A DNA stretch of 25,025 bases, from positions 1-25,025 of IMG/VR virus record IMGVR_UViG_3300009481_000091. The stretch is one strand, 5' to 3'. Shown here piece by piece: positions 16,562 to 25,025 of this stretch (position 1 is its first letter; every line of letters begins with the position of its first letter). Made by a program: the position numbers and the translations under genes. The stretch is from a virus (taxonomy: Duplodnaviria > Caudoviricetes). A model generated the notes under the pieces. It had not been told where the DNA came from, searched no databases, and worked only from the letters and a program-made list of their open reading frames with translations.

Positions 16562-18207
16562 TGAGTATACTTAATCGTAAAATGTTTAGTCACGGAGGCT
16601 ACGCGCACCGCGGAACAGGGATCACGTCTGGTCTAACGCCAGTTAGAATGCATGAAGGCGGTGTCGCTAATCACAAACATACCTACATGCCCGACAAGTC
16701 AGATGCGGAAGTTATGGAGCTTTTGCAGGCAGGCAGTCTAACTACAACAACACCAGGCGACACATATCAAGGCACGGAAGTTCCAACTTTAGAACAATTA
16801 TACGAAAAAAAACTTCCAGTAGCACAAAGACTTTTTGGTGATCCAATAGAGCCAATGTCAAAAATGGAAAGACTATCACCTTGGTTAATGAACTTAGGTG
16901 CATCATTAATGTCCGGTAAATCTTTACAAGGAGGATTTAGTGGTGCCATGGAAATTATGGGTAATGCCATGAAAGAATCAACTCCAGCTTTAACAGAAGC
17001 TATGGCGATGAAAAGAGCAGAAGAAAGAGCTAATAGGGCAGAAGAAATTGAAGCAGCAAAAATAGCATATCAATCAGCGGAAACAGAAAGAGCAAGTCTT
17101 CTTGATCAAGCTTCTTCTTTAGCAAGCACTAAAATTAAACTTGATGCACCAGAAATTGGTGATACTTTATTTTTAGTACCAGAGGATAAATCGCAAGTGC
17201 CAGAAAATGTTATTATGGCTTATCAAAAAGAAGAAACAATTGATGGAAAGCGCATCAAAAATCTCTACGACTTTGATGGTAACTTATTAAAAGGTAAATT
17301 TACTACTTATAAAGGAAAAGATAAACCAAAAGAATTTAGTGGTATTAATGTTAAATTTTCTATTCCAGGAGAAACTGAAGATGATGATCCTACAGAGTTA
17401 GAGAGAATGGCAATTGGAAGATTTGAATTTGATGAAGATACAGGTGAATATAAAGTTAATTATTATTATAAAGATGATGAGGGTAACGAACAAGAACTAC
17501 CGGGCAACGCGGTTATTATATCACGAGAAGGTGATGCATCAACAATTGGTCAAGGTGCAAATGTAAAAGAAGAAAAAGCACTTACGGAACAAGAAATTGC
17601 AGGAACAAAATTTATTATGAAGGCTATTGATGCATATAATGTCATAAAAGCATCACCTGGAGCGGTAACTGATGTTGGTGACTTAGCAGTCTTTGCTGAC
17701 CGTATTATAGCGGATGCAAAAGCATTTATTGCTTTAATGGGCGGAACATATGAAGTTGATGAATCTAAATTAGAAAATTATTTGGAAACTGACTTAGGTA
17801 TAACATCATCAAAATTAAAATCTGTGTACCTTGATCTTGCTATTTCTCGTGCGGTGTTTGTTGAAGGTGGAACAAGAGTTACAGATCAAGACGTTATTAA
17901 TCAATTACGAATTATTGGTGCAAGAGCAAAAGCACCGGAAGCTGCTCTCGTTCTATTAAAAGATTTTGTATATGATACAGCTAGAAATTTTTCTATGGAA
18001 AATAATATTCGTGCTGAAAAAAATAATTTAATAAGTTCAGTTGATGAAAATTATTTACTTCGAAATTTAACATTACCGTGGAATGATACTGGAACAGGAA
18101 CAGTTGGAGATGGTAATCAGGATAATAAAACAATTGGTGCCGGAAGTGGAGATGACGTTGAAGCTTTAATAAAAAAAATATTAGAAGAGAAATTAGCAAA
18201 TGAGTGA
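16561..18207 (+). CDS. Putative internal virion / ejection protein (GTG start)
   Basis: 548 aa; GTG overlaps the upstream TAG; N-terminal RKMFSHGG and RMHEGG, then LMNLGASLMSG helix and a coiled-coil. Confidence 0.6.
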   Translation: MSILNRKMFSHGGYAHRGTGITSGLTPVRMHEGGVANHKHTYMPDKSDAEVMELLQAGSLTTTTPGDTYQGTEVPTLEQLYEKKLPVAQRLFGDPIEPMSKMERLSPWLMNLGASLMSGKSLQGGFSGAMEIMGNAMKESTPALTEAMAMKRAEERANRAEEIEAAKIAYQSAETERASLLDQASSLASTKIKLDAPEIGDTLFLVPEDKSQVPENVIMAYQKEETIDGKRIKNLYDFDGNLLKGKFTTYKGKDKPKEFSGINVKFSIPGETEDDDPTELERMAIGRFEFDEDTGEYKVNYYYKDDEGNEQELPGNAVIISREGDASTIGQGANVKEEKALTEQEIAGTKFIMKAIDAYNVIKASPGAVTDVGDLAVFADRIIADAKAFIALMGGTYEVDESKLENYLETDLGITSSKLKSVYLDLAISRAVFVEGGTRVTDQDVINQLRIIGARAKAPEAALVLLKDFVYDTARNFSMENNIRAEKNNLISSVDENYLLRNLTLPWNDTGTGTVGDGNQDNKTIGAGSGDDVEALIKKILEEKLANE

Positions 18208-21200
18208 TAAAACTTTAAATGATAAACAATCGGTTGATCCGCCAGAAAATAATATGCCAAACGTGTTTGGAGTATCTGAAGTTCCTGCATGGTTGACTGG
18301 AGAAAAAGCTCAAAAGTTTGTTGAAAATAGTAAAGTAATTGAATCAATGTATGAATCAGGCGGAAGTCCTAGCCCTGAATTAGAAAAATTTCTTCGAAGT
18401 CTTGAGACAGAACAAATAGGAAAATTTCATAAAAATGAATTAGATCCTAATAATTTAAGCACTGAATCTTTAAAGTTGTATGCAAATTATCTTGAACAAA
18501 AACGACTTAATGAAGCAAGAGCAAAAGAAGAAGATCTTGATTATAGCAGTGGTGTGACAAATAAATTGTTTCGTTATAACCTTGCACGTATGGATACACC
18601 AGCTGAAAAAACGGGATATCTAACAAAAACTGTAGGTCAAGAAGGTATTGATTGGGGAACAGATAGAGCAGGACGTTATTATTTAACAGAATCTGGTTTG
18701 TCAAATTTAAAAGGTAAAAAAGTTTATTTACCAGAAAACGTTAGAGGCGTAATTATAGATGAATCTAAACCTTTTACTAAAGCAGATTTTGCCGAGTTTG
18801 GTGCTTATGCACCGCAGATAATAGGCGGTGTTGGTATGGGTATGCGTTATTCTGGATACGGATTTATACCGGGAATTATTGCATCTGGCATTGGTGAAAT
18901 GGGAGGCTATCTTGCTGATGAAGCAGTTGAATATTTACAAGGTTATCAAAATCAACCTTTATTTCCAAATCACGAAGGCCAACAATCTGTAATGGGAAGT
19001 GCCGCGTGGAATTTTTCTTACGGCGCTGGTGGTGAAGGATTTGTTCGTATGCTCAGACCACTTGGTCGTATGATTACAGATCCACAATCAGGACTTATTG
19101 CGTTTAGAGCTAATGCACCATTAAGTGAACAAGCGGCAAAAGCGTTACTATCTGGAAACAGAGATGAAATTTTAAGAGCTTTTCCTGATTTAGAAACAAA
19201 ATTAAAATCAATACATAATGTATCAGAAAAAGAATTAGAAGCATTAACTAATGCAGCTATTGAACAAATGCGTGTTAAAGTTTTAGGTGGTGCTATTTAT
19301 AAAGAGCCGGGTAAATATGATTTATATAATGATTATAGCAGTGTAAAAAGTAAACTTGATCCAGCTAAACAAAAAGCGGTAAAAGAAGTTGTTGAAGGAC
19401 AACCACATTTAGGTGTTGAAGGCGGAGTGCCATCCATATCACAAGCAACACCACGAAATTTACTTGGATACATACAAGGAACATTGGAACGTGTTTTTGG
19501 TAATAGTCGAGATAAATTAAATAGAAAGTTTTTAGAAAATAGTATGTTGGTTCTTAAAGCTCGTGCTGCTGGAATGAAGGATAAAGAAATATATAATTAT
19601 ATAAAAAACAGTATGCTTCCAAAAAATAATCCAATGTACATGAGTTCGGCTCAGTTTGGTGAAATGATTTCTAAAAAATTAGGCGGAGAAAAAATGGGAT
19701 TAACCGCAGCAATAGATTTATCTAATAAAGAAATTAATGGTATATTAAATGAGACTTTAAAATCACTTGATTTAATAAGCGTAGGTAATAAAGATGCATT
19801 TGATAATCTTGCATCATCTCTTACATCTGCTAAAACAAAATATAATGTTGATTTTGCTTCTGGTCTTCATAACATAGATAAAATAATTGGAGAAGGAATT
19901 TTTGATTCGGCTGCTTTAAAAACAGCTATAAAAGACATAACAGATTTTTTACCGAAAAAAAATATTACAAAAGAAATAACAGAAGATATAGGACCTGGTG
20001 CGGGAACAAGAACAAAACCAGTAACTGAAACTGTTCTTGACGATACTATGATTCCAAAAGAAATAATAAATTTTTTTAAAACTATAGAAAATGCAAGTCC
20101 TAATATGACTGGAACAAATGTACAGGCGTATGAAACTATTATCAATACTCTTGTTGAAAACCCAAATCTTGTAAAAACAATTCCATATGAAAAAATCGTA
20201 GCAATGCAAAATGCAATTGATAATGTATATAATACTGGTATTGCAAAAGCAGGAAGTCTTGCACAAACTACACCCGCAGGAAAAGATGCTCTTAATAATT
20301 TAATAAAAATTTTAGAAAATAGAAGTAAAGTAGGAAAGAAAATAGCAAAAATAAATTCAGGAGTAATGTTAAAACTTGCACAATCAGGGCAAGACACTGC
20401 ATTAATTAGCGCGGATAGTGTTTTTGCTAATATGATTAAAACAGGAGATAGTAAAAGTTTAAATAAATTATTCAGACTTTTAGACCCAAAAGACGCCGCT
20501 ACATTAAAACTTGGTGCTAGTAATAAAACATTAGCTAATATAATAGAAGCATCAAAAGATGTAAGTGGCACAGTTAATGTAACAAAATTTCTTAACAACT
20601 GGCAAAAATTACCAACATCAATTAAAACAACATTATTCCCAATTAATAATTTACAATCAATTAATAATGCAATGTTTAGACTTAATAAGTTTAGTGGCAC
20701 ATTAGATCAAAAAGCTCTAAATGAAATGACTGAAGCATTAGCAAAACAAGACGGCGGAACAGAAATGTTAAGTATTTTAAATAAACATGTAGCTGCAAAA
20801 GAAAGTCTTGATAAATTTATGAGTGCGAATTGGAAAAAGATATTAAGTGATGCTGATAATATTCAGTTTGAACAAGCAATTGATCATGTTTTTAAACCAA
20901 AAAGCGGACAACTTGTTAGTCAAGTTCTTAAACATTTTGAAGGAAATGAATTTGTAACAAATGCTATTAAAAGTAAAGCAATGGAAAAAATATTACGCGC
21001 CAGTGTAGATGCTTCTGATGATTTCAATATCATTTACAGCGGTGTAAATTTAAATAAAACATTAGATAAATATGGAGTTAATACTCTTTATGAAATGTTT
21101 GGTAAAAAAATGACTGGTGATTTATTTGACTTTGCAAAACAATTAAATCTTATTTCTCAAGGAAAAAATAAAGGAGCGGGGAGCATTGTCGCAGCTAATC

Positions 21201-21721
21201 TAGCATTAAGTCCACTTAGACAAGGACCAAGTGCTTTTCAAAAATTACTGGGTTTAGGTTTAATTAGTAAAGTATTAGCTCAACCTGGAGTATTAAAATA
21301 TCTTGCATTTGGAATGAAAAAAGGACCTCTTGGTTTTGGCAGAGCACAAGCGGAAGCACTAGCACGTGTAAAAACACAAATAACAGCGGCCGGTGCATTA
21401 GAAGCAACAGCTGAAGAAGATGGTCAAGGTCCTAGAAAATTTATTGAATCAGGAGTAGAAGAAGTACCAGAAGTAATAAAAGACAAAATAAATTATGGAG
21501 TTGATATGCCAGGTGTTCCGTTTGTACAAAATCAATCGGCTCCTCCTGTGGAAGCATCACGATTGGCGCGGGCAAATATCGCACCTCCAATTGGTGCGGG
21601 TAGTATGAATCCAAACACCATGGCTAAAGGACAACAATTATTTAACAAACCAGGTGAAATTACATTCGCCGCACAAGGAGGAATCATGAACACAAATAAA
21701 GCATTCCAGAGGGTAGCATAA
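18200..21721 (+). CDS. Large internal virion / ejection protein
   Basis: 1173 aa, mostly alpha-helical composition; Gly-rich hydrophobic segment (IIGGVGMGM...FIPGIIASGIGEMGG); C-terminal FAAQGGIM; largest gene of the ejection-type block. Confidence 0.6.
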   Translation: MSDKTLNDKQSVDPPENNMPNVFGVSEVPAWLTGEKAQKFVENSKVIESMYESGGSPSPELEKFLRSLETEQIGKFHKNELDPNNLSTESLKLYANYLEQKRLNEARAKEEDLDYSSGVTNKLFRYNLARMDTPAEKTGYLTKTVGQEGIDWGTDRAGRYYLTESGLSNLKGKKVYLPENVRGVIIDESKPFTKADFAEFGAYAPQIIGGVGMGMRYSGYGFIPGIIASGIGEMGGYLADEAVEYLQGYQNQPLFPNHEGQQSVMGSAAWNFSYGAGGEGFVRMLRPLGRMITDPQSGLIAFRANAPLSEQAAKALLSGNRDEILRAFPDLETKLKSIHNVSEKELEALTNAAIEQMRVKVLGGAIYKEPGKYDLYNDYSSVKSKLDPAKQKAVKEVVEGQPHLGVEGGVPSISQATPRNLLGYIQGTLERVFGNSRDKLNRKFLENSMLVLKARAAGMKDKEIYNYIKNSMLPKNNPMYMSSAQFGEMISKKLGGEKMGLTAAIDLSNKEINGILNETLKSLDLISVGNKDAFDNLASSLTSAKTKYNVDFASGLHNIDKIIGEGIFDSAALKTAIKDITDFLPKKNITKEITEDIGPGAGTRTKPVTETVLDDTMIPKEIINFFKTIENASPNMTGTNVQAYETIINTLVENPNLVKTIPYEKIVAMQNAIDNVYNTGIAKAGSLAQTTPAGKDALNNLIKILENRSKVGKKIAKINSGVMLKLAQSGQDTALISADSVFANMIKTGDSKSLNKLFRLLDPKDAATLKLGASNKTLANIIEASKDVSGTVNVTKFLNNWQKLPTSIKTTLFPINNLQSINNAMFRLNKFSGTLDQKALNEMTEALAKQDGGTEMLSILNKHVAAKESLDKFMSANWKKILSDADNIQFEQAIDHVFKPKSGQLVSQVLKHFEGNEFVTNAIKSKAMEKILRASVDASDDFNIIYSGVNLNKTLDKYGVNTLYEMFGKKMTGDLFDFAKQLNLISQGKNKGAGSIVAANLALSPLRQGPSAFQKLLGLGLISKVLAQPGVLKYLAFGMKKGPLGFGRAQAEALARVKTQITAAGALEATAEEDGQGPRKFIESGVEEVPEVIKDKINYGVDMPGVPFVQNQSAPPVEASRLARANIAPPIGAGSMNPNTMAKGQQLFNKPGEITFAAQGGIMNTNKAFQRVA

Positions 21722-23016
21722 TGCCACACGGAGGAAGACACGGAAAAGGTCCTAGTAGAAGTAGGCAACGATCGCAAACTAAAAGATCTTCACAAAGAAG
21801 ACAAAGAGGCCGAAGTAGAGCTGCACAGCGATCTCAAAGTAAAAGAGATTCGCAAAGAAGACAACAAGAAAGACAAAGGGCTGCTAACGTAAGAGAAGCG
21901 GCACGACGACCTGTAATCACAAAAACAAGCCAAAGACAGCCAGGTTTAGCAGGAAGTACTTCAGCTAAAACAATGGGTCTTGAAGGTATAGCTAACAGAT
22001 TAGAAAAAGAATTTAAGACGGCGAGTGATGATAGAAAAAAACAAATTGTAGATAAACTTAAAGACACTCGTTCTGAATTAAATAAATTAAATAAAGAACA
22101 ATCAGTTTTAGATTTACGAAAAGCCGCAGCAGGACTTGGAGGTAAAGGCTTAGTTGCAAGAACAAGTGATGGTAGTATTATTACTGATAGCAGTGGTAAT
22201 CCAATTATGTTAACTGCGGGCCGTGAAGTTTTTGATAAAACGCGTGGAAAATTTTCAAAAGAAGCAGGAAGACTTCTTGAAGAGTCGCCTGAACTATATA
22301 AAGGAATGTATCCTATATCATATGGATTGCAAAAAGGAATACCGAAACTAATGGAATTTGCACCTGGAATAGGAACACTTGGTAGAATAGCAAAAGCAAC
22401 ACTTGGAAAAGCAAAAGATACTGGTTCAGGAATTATGGGAACAAAAATTGCTCAAGATTTAGCAGCTGCACCAAAAGGATTTTTAGGTGATTTAAGATCA
22501 ATGATTGGGGACATAGGTGGAATTTTCAGTAAAGGTATTAGTGGAATTGGTAATCGTGTGCCTAATATACCACAAACACTAGGTGGAATTGGTGCTGGTA
22601 TATCCGGAAAAGTTCAAGAAGGTGGAGATATTATAGGTGGAATTGGTAGTGGAATTGGTGAAAGTATAGGTAGAGTTTTAAATCCACAAGTTATTGATAG
22701 TATTTATGGATCAGGAATCGGTGTTACTGGACCGGTAACAGGAGATTTTATAGATAGCGACGGAGACGGCGTTGATGATCGTTATCAAATGGGACCAGGG
22801 CAACCGGACCAAAGACAGCCAGAACAAACAGGAATGATAGGTGGAGTAAATAACATGATGGGACAACCTGCTATTACACCAGCTAATGCTTTAGCAAATC
22901 CTATTATGCAAAGTCAAATGTTGCCAGGAATTCAACCTGTAACACAACAGTTACAATTTAATCCAAATACAATGAATCCTTTTTATCAACAAGGAATAGG
23001 AAGTTTTAGAATTTAA
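21721..23016 (+). CDS. Hypothetical putative internal virion protein with Arg/Ser/Gln-rich N-terminus and DxDxDG motif
   Basis: 431 aa; basic N-terminal ~65 aa, Gly/Ile-rich repeats, DSDGDGVDD and a Q/P/M/N-rich tail. Confidence 0.6.
   Translation: MPHGGRHGKGPSRSRQRSQTKRSSQRRQRGRSRAAQRSQSKRDSQRRQQERQRAANVREAARRPVITKTSQRQPGLAGSTSAKTMGLEGIANRLEKEFKTASDDRKKQIVDKLKDTRSELNKLNKEQSVLDLRKAAAGLGGKGLVARTSDGSIITDSSGNPIMLTAGREVFDKTRGKFSKEAGRLLEESPELYKGMYPISYGLQKGIPKLMEFAPGIGTLGRIAKATLGKAKDTGSGIMGTKIAQDLAAAPKGFLGDLRSMIGDIGGIFSKGISGIGNRVPNIPQTLGGIGAGISGKVQEGGDIIGGIGSGIGESIGRVLNPQVIDSIYGSGIGVTGPVTGDFIDSDGDGVDDRYQMGPGQPDQRQPEQTGMIGGVNNMMGQPAITPANALANPIMQSQMLPGIQPVTQQLQFNPNTMNPFYQQGIGSFRI
21748..21867 (+). 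repeat. Diverged 60-nt duplication encoding two Arg-rich 20-mers
   Basis: GPSRSRQRSQTKRSSQRRQR / GRSRAAQRSQSKRDSQRRQQ. Confidence 0.8.
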
Positions 23017-23234
23017 TGAATTTTACATTTAAAGATAGTATATGGTTAATTGGTGTTTTTGTAGCATTAGGTATCACATGGGGAATGACATCGCAACGCG
23101 TTACAGCAATGGAAAAAGATATGGATCGTATGGAAACAGCCATACAATTATTTACAAAAATGGAAACACGTCTTGCTGTTATTGAAGTTCAAATCAAAGA
23201 TATAAATAAAAAATTAGATAAAATTAAAAGATAA
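23016..23234 (+). CDS. Small membrane-anchored coiled-coil protein (possible lysis or envelope function)
   Basis: 72 aa; one hydrophobic helix IWLIGVFVALGITWGM followed by heptads (METRLAVIEVQIKDINKKLDKI). Confidence 0.65.
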   Translation: MNFTFKDSIWLIGVFVALGITWGMTSQRVTAMEKDMDRMETAIQLFTKMETRLAVIEVQIKDINKKLDKIKR

Positions 23235-23809
23235 TGAATTTTGTAGTAAAAAACTTAGTATTATTACTAATGTTAATAATACTTACTATGTTATCTAGGC
23301 CTATAATTGCTGCTGATACGAACACTGTGTCTTCGACGGTTGTGACGGATAAATCCGTACCTACCGCAAATGCACCAAGTGTTGTTATTAATAATTCAGA
23401 CATATGTAAGACAGCAGCGTCGACCGCCGTACAAACCCAGATTCTGGGGATTGCGTCGGGAATCACGATCACTGATGAAAATTGTGAACGTATAAAATTA
23501 TCAAGATCTTTATACTCAATGGGCATGAAGGTCGCTGCAGTATCTACACTATGTGCTGATCCACGTGTATTCGATGCCATGCATATGGCAGGAACATACT
23601 GTCCTTATATGGGTGCAATAGGAGAAGATGCAAAAAAAGGATGGACAGAAAATATTGATATGGTGCCGGAAGGTAGTTTAGTATTTAAAAAAATAGAAAT
23701 TGAACGAAAAGAAAAACAAACAACTGGGTTAACAGATGGACAAAAACTTGCGAAATTTATTTTATTTGGTATGGCTATGCACTCTGGCATTGTGGCCTTC
23801 TTCCCTTAA
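23234..23809 (+). CDS. Secreted or membrane-anchored Cys-containing hypothetical protein
   Basis: 191 aa; N-terminal signal or TM segment (KNLVLLLMLIILTMLSRPIIAA); four Cys (SDIC, ENCER, TLCAD, TYCPY); hydrophobic C-terminus. Confidence 0.7.
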   Translation: MNFVVKNLVLLLMLIILTMLSRPIIAADTNTVSSTVVTDKSVPTANAPSVVINNSDICKTAASTAVQTQILGIASGITITDENCERIKLSRSLYSMGMKVAAVSTLCADPRVFDAMHMAGTYCPYMGAIGEDAKKGWTENIDMVPEGSLVFKKIEIERKEKQTTGLTDGQKLAKFILFGMAMHSGIVAFFP

Positions 23810-25025
23810 AGCAGAATGTCCTGTTACTTCAACAGGATTATGTACTCCAGGTGTTGAAGAAACAATTGTCATAGATGAAGTAGAAACCATTGAATATGAA
23901 GCCGATGGCTATACAGTCACAACGGATACTACAACTACAACCACAACAGTAACAACAACAAATCCTGATTCAGGGGACATTTTAGATGGCGATAATGATT
24001 ATGTTTCATCATCTAAATATGAAGGTGATATGGATATTGATTGGGGTGGACAAGGCCCCGCATCAATGCCATCTGGTAATAGTTGTTATAATCTTGGCAC
24101 GGATAAATGTGCACAAATAACAGGTAGTGGAAATAGCACATCAACAATGGGTGTATCTGGAATGGGTACAACATTTATTAATACAATTGATATTTCAGAA
24201 TTAGATATAGAAAATGGTGGAAGAACTAATTACACAATAAAAGTAGATAAACGCGATGCACAAGATCGTATCTACATGCATGTAACAGGCCGTAACGGTA
24301 ATACAAATATATTTCAAGGAACAGACATATTATCAGAGTCGGGTGTTGCAAGTGGATTTCAAGAATACTCAGGTGGATTTGATTTTGCAGGTACAATAAC
24401 AAAAATAATTGTAGAGGTAGGTGGACGTGATATCAACCTGGCAATTGGACCGCTATTTGATGATGTACAAATAAATGTATTATACAACGTTGTATCAACC
24501 ATAGTTACCGAACATATACTTAGTGTTGAAATGTGGGTAGCATACGGTGGTAGTACAGAAACAGAGGTTATAGATATCGTAGAAAATATTTTTGAACATA
24601 ATGATATTGTAGAAGCGCCTGGTGATGACATGTATTTTGAACCAGAGTTTGAAGAGCCTGATATGGAAATGTCTTATGATACCGTTGAGTATGAAATGGA
24701 AATGGATTTTGAGATGGATTTTGAGATGGACTTCGAGATGGAAATGGATTTTGAAATGCCTGACATTGATATGGAGGAAATGGAAATAGCAACTATAGAA
24801 TATGAAATGGAAATGGAAATGGAAATGGACTTCGAGATGCCGGATATGGACATGCCAGAACCTGAAATGGAAATGGCTGAATTAGATATGGACATGCCAG
24901 AGCCTGATATGGAAATGGAGATGGAAATGCCAGAACCTGATATGGAAATGCCAGAACCGGACATGGAACCTGAAGTAGAAGTAGAGCCAGAGATGGAAGA
25001 ACCTTCGACCACGGAACCCGAAACA
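23736..25025 (+). CDS. Secreted acidic protein with Met/Glu/Asp/Pro-rich tail (3' truncated; not in the ORF track)
   Basis: Frame read without a stop for 430 codons from ATG 23736: signal peptide-like MDKNLRNLFYLVWLCTLALWPSSLKA, then ECPVTSTGLCTPG, a Thr tract, a beta-rich domain (GPLFDDVQINVLY) and EM/DFEM/MPEPD repeats. Confidence 0.85.
   Translation, partial: MDKNLRNLFYLVWLCTLALWPSSLKAECPVTSTGLCTPGVEETIVIDEVETIEYEADGYTVTTDTTTTTTTVTTTNPDSGDILDGDNDYVSSSKYEGDMDIDWGGQGPASMPSGNSCYNLGTDKCAQITGSGNSTSTMGVSGMGTTFINTIDISELDIENGGRTNYTIKVDKRDAQDRIYMHVTGRNGNTNIFQGTDILSESGVASGFQEYSGGFDFAGTITKIIVEVGGRDINLAIGPLFDDVQINVLYNVVSTIVTEHILSVEMWVAYGGSTETEVIDIVENIFEHNDIVEAPGDDMYFEPEFEEPDMEMSYDTVEYEMEMDFEMDFEMDFEMEMDFEMPDIDMEEMEIATIEYEMEMEMEMDFEMPDMDMPEPEMEMAELDMDMPEPDMEMEMEMPEPDMEMPEPDMEPEVEVEPEMEEPSTTEPET
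24663..25025 (+). repeat. Low-complexity coding repeat with (GAAATG)n, GATTTTGAGATG and ATGCCAGAACC units
   Basis: Encodes EMEMDFEMDFEMDFEMEMDFEMPD...EMEMEMEM...MPEPDMEMEMEMPEPDMEMPEPDM. Confidence 0.9.

Noticed and set aside
18341-18376. ESMYESGGSP as a lytic transglycosylase catalytic motif in the 1173 aa protein
   Set aside because: No following G-x-x-Q motif or AYNxG motif was found.
19867-20700. 277 aa minus-strand ORF and the other short minus-strand or nested ORFs in the track
   Set aside because: They lie within long + strand genes, and their hydrophobic composition mirrors the A-rich sense codons.
24674-25012. Minus-strand Ser/Ile-repeat ORF (SISISI)
   Set aside because: It is the reverse complement of the EMEM repeat in the open + strand frame starting at 23736.
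1-25025. tRNA, rRNA, integrase, transposase, intein or alternative genetic code
   Set aside because: The window is almost fully tiled by long ORFs under the standard code with only short intergenic gaps, and no such motifs were recognised.

Overview
This AT-rich 25 kb window is the virion-structure (late) region of a tailed dsDNA bacteriophage, most likely a marine podovirus-type phage; the host cannot be determined from this window. All credible genes lie on the + strand and are tightly packed, often with TAATG/ATGA stop-start overlaps. Order: (1) end of a tail-fibre-like gene and a small beta-rich partner; (2) an accessory cassette (1234-9204) with three paralogous 'DFGDL'-repeat Kelch-like proteins (30 blades, five six-bladed propellers), a coiled-coil protein, a small protein, a PAPS-dependent sulfotransferase and two different 2OG-Fe(II) oxygenases; (3) core tail genes, including a fibre, a P22 gp10-like hub and a gp26-like heptad needle; (4) five large putative internal/ejection proteins, four of which carry a recurrent x-x-x-G-G motif; (5) a three-gene cell-envelope module ending in a secreted protein with a Met/Glu/Asp-rich tail that runs off the window. 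Two ORFs missing from the supplied track were read directly (13632-13754 and 23736->25025). The best candidates for an undescribed system are a virion-surface modification cassette (Pro-containing propeller loops beside hydroxylases and a sulfotransferase) and a diglycine targeting/cleavage code in the ejected proteins. All family assignments come from motif recognition by eye, not database searches.
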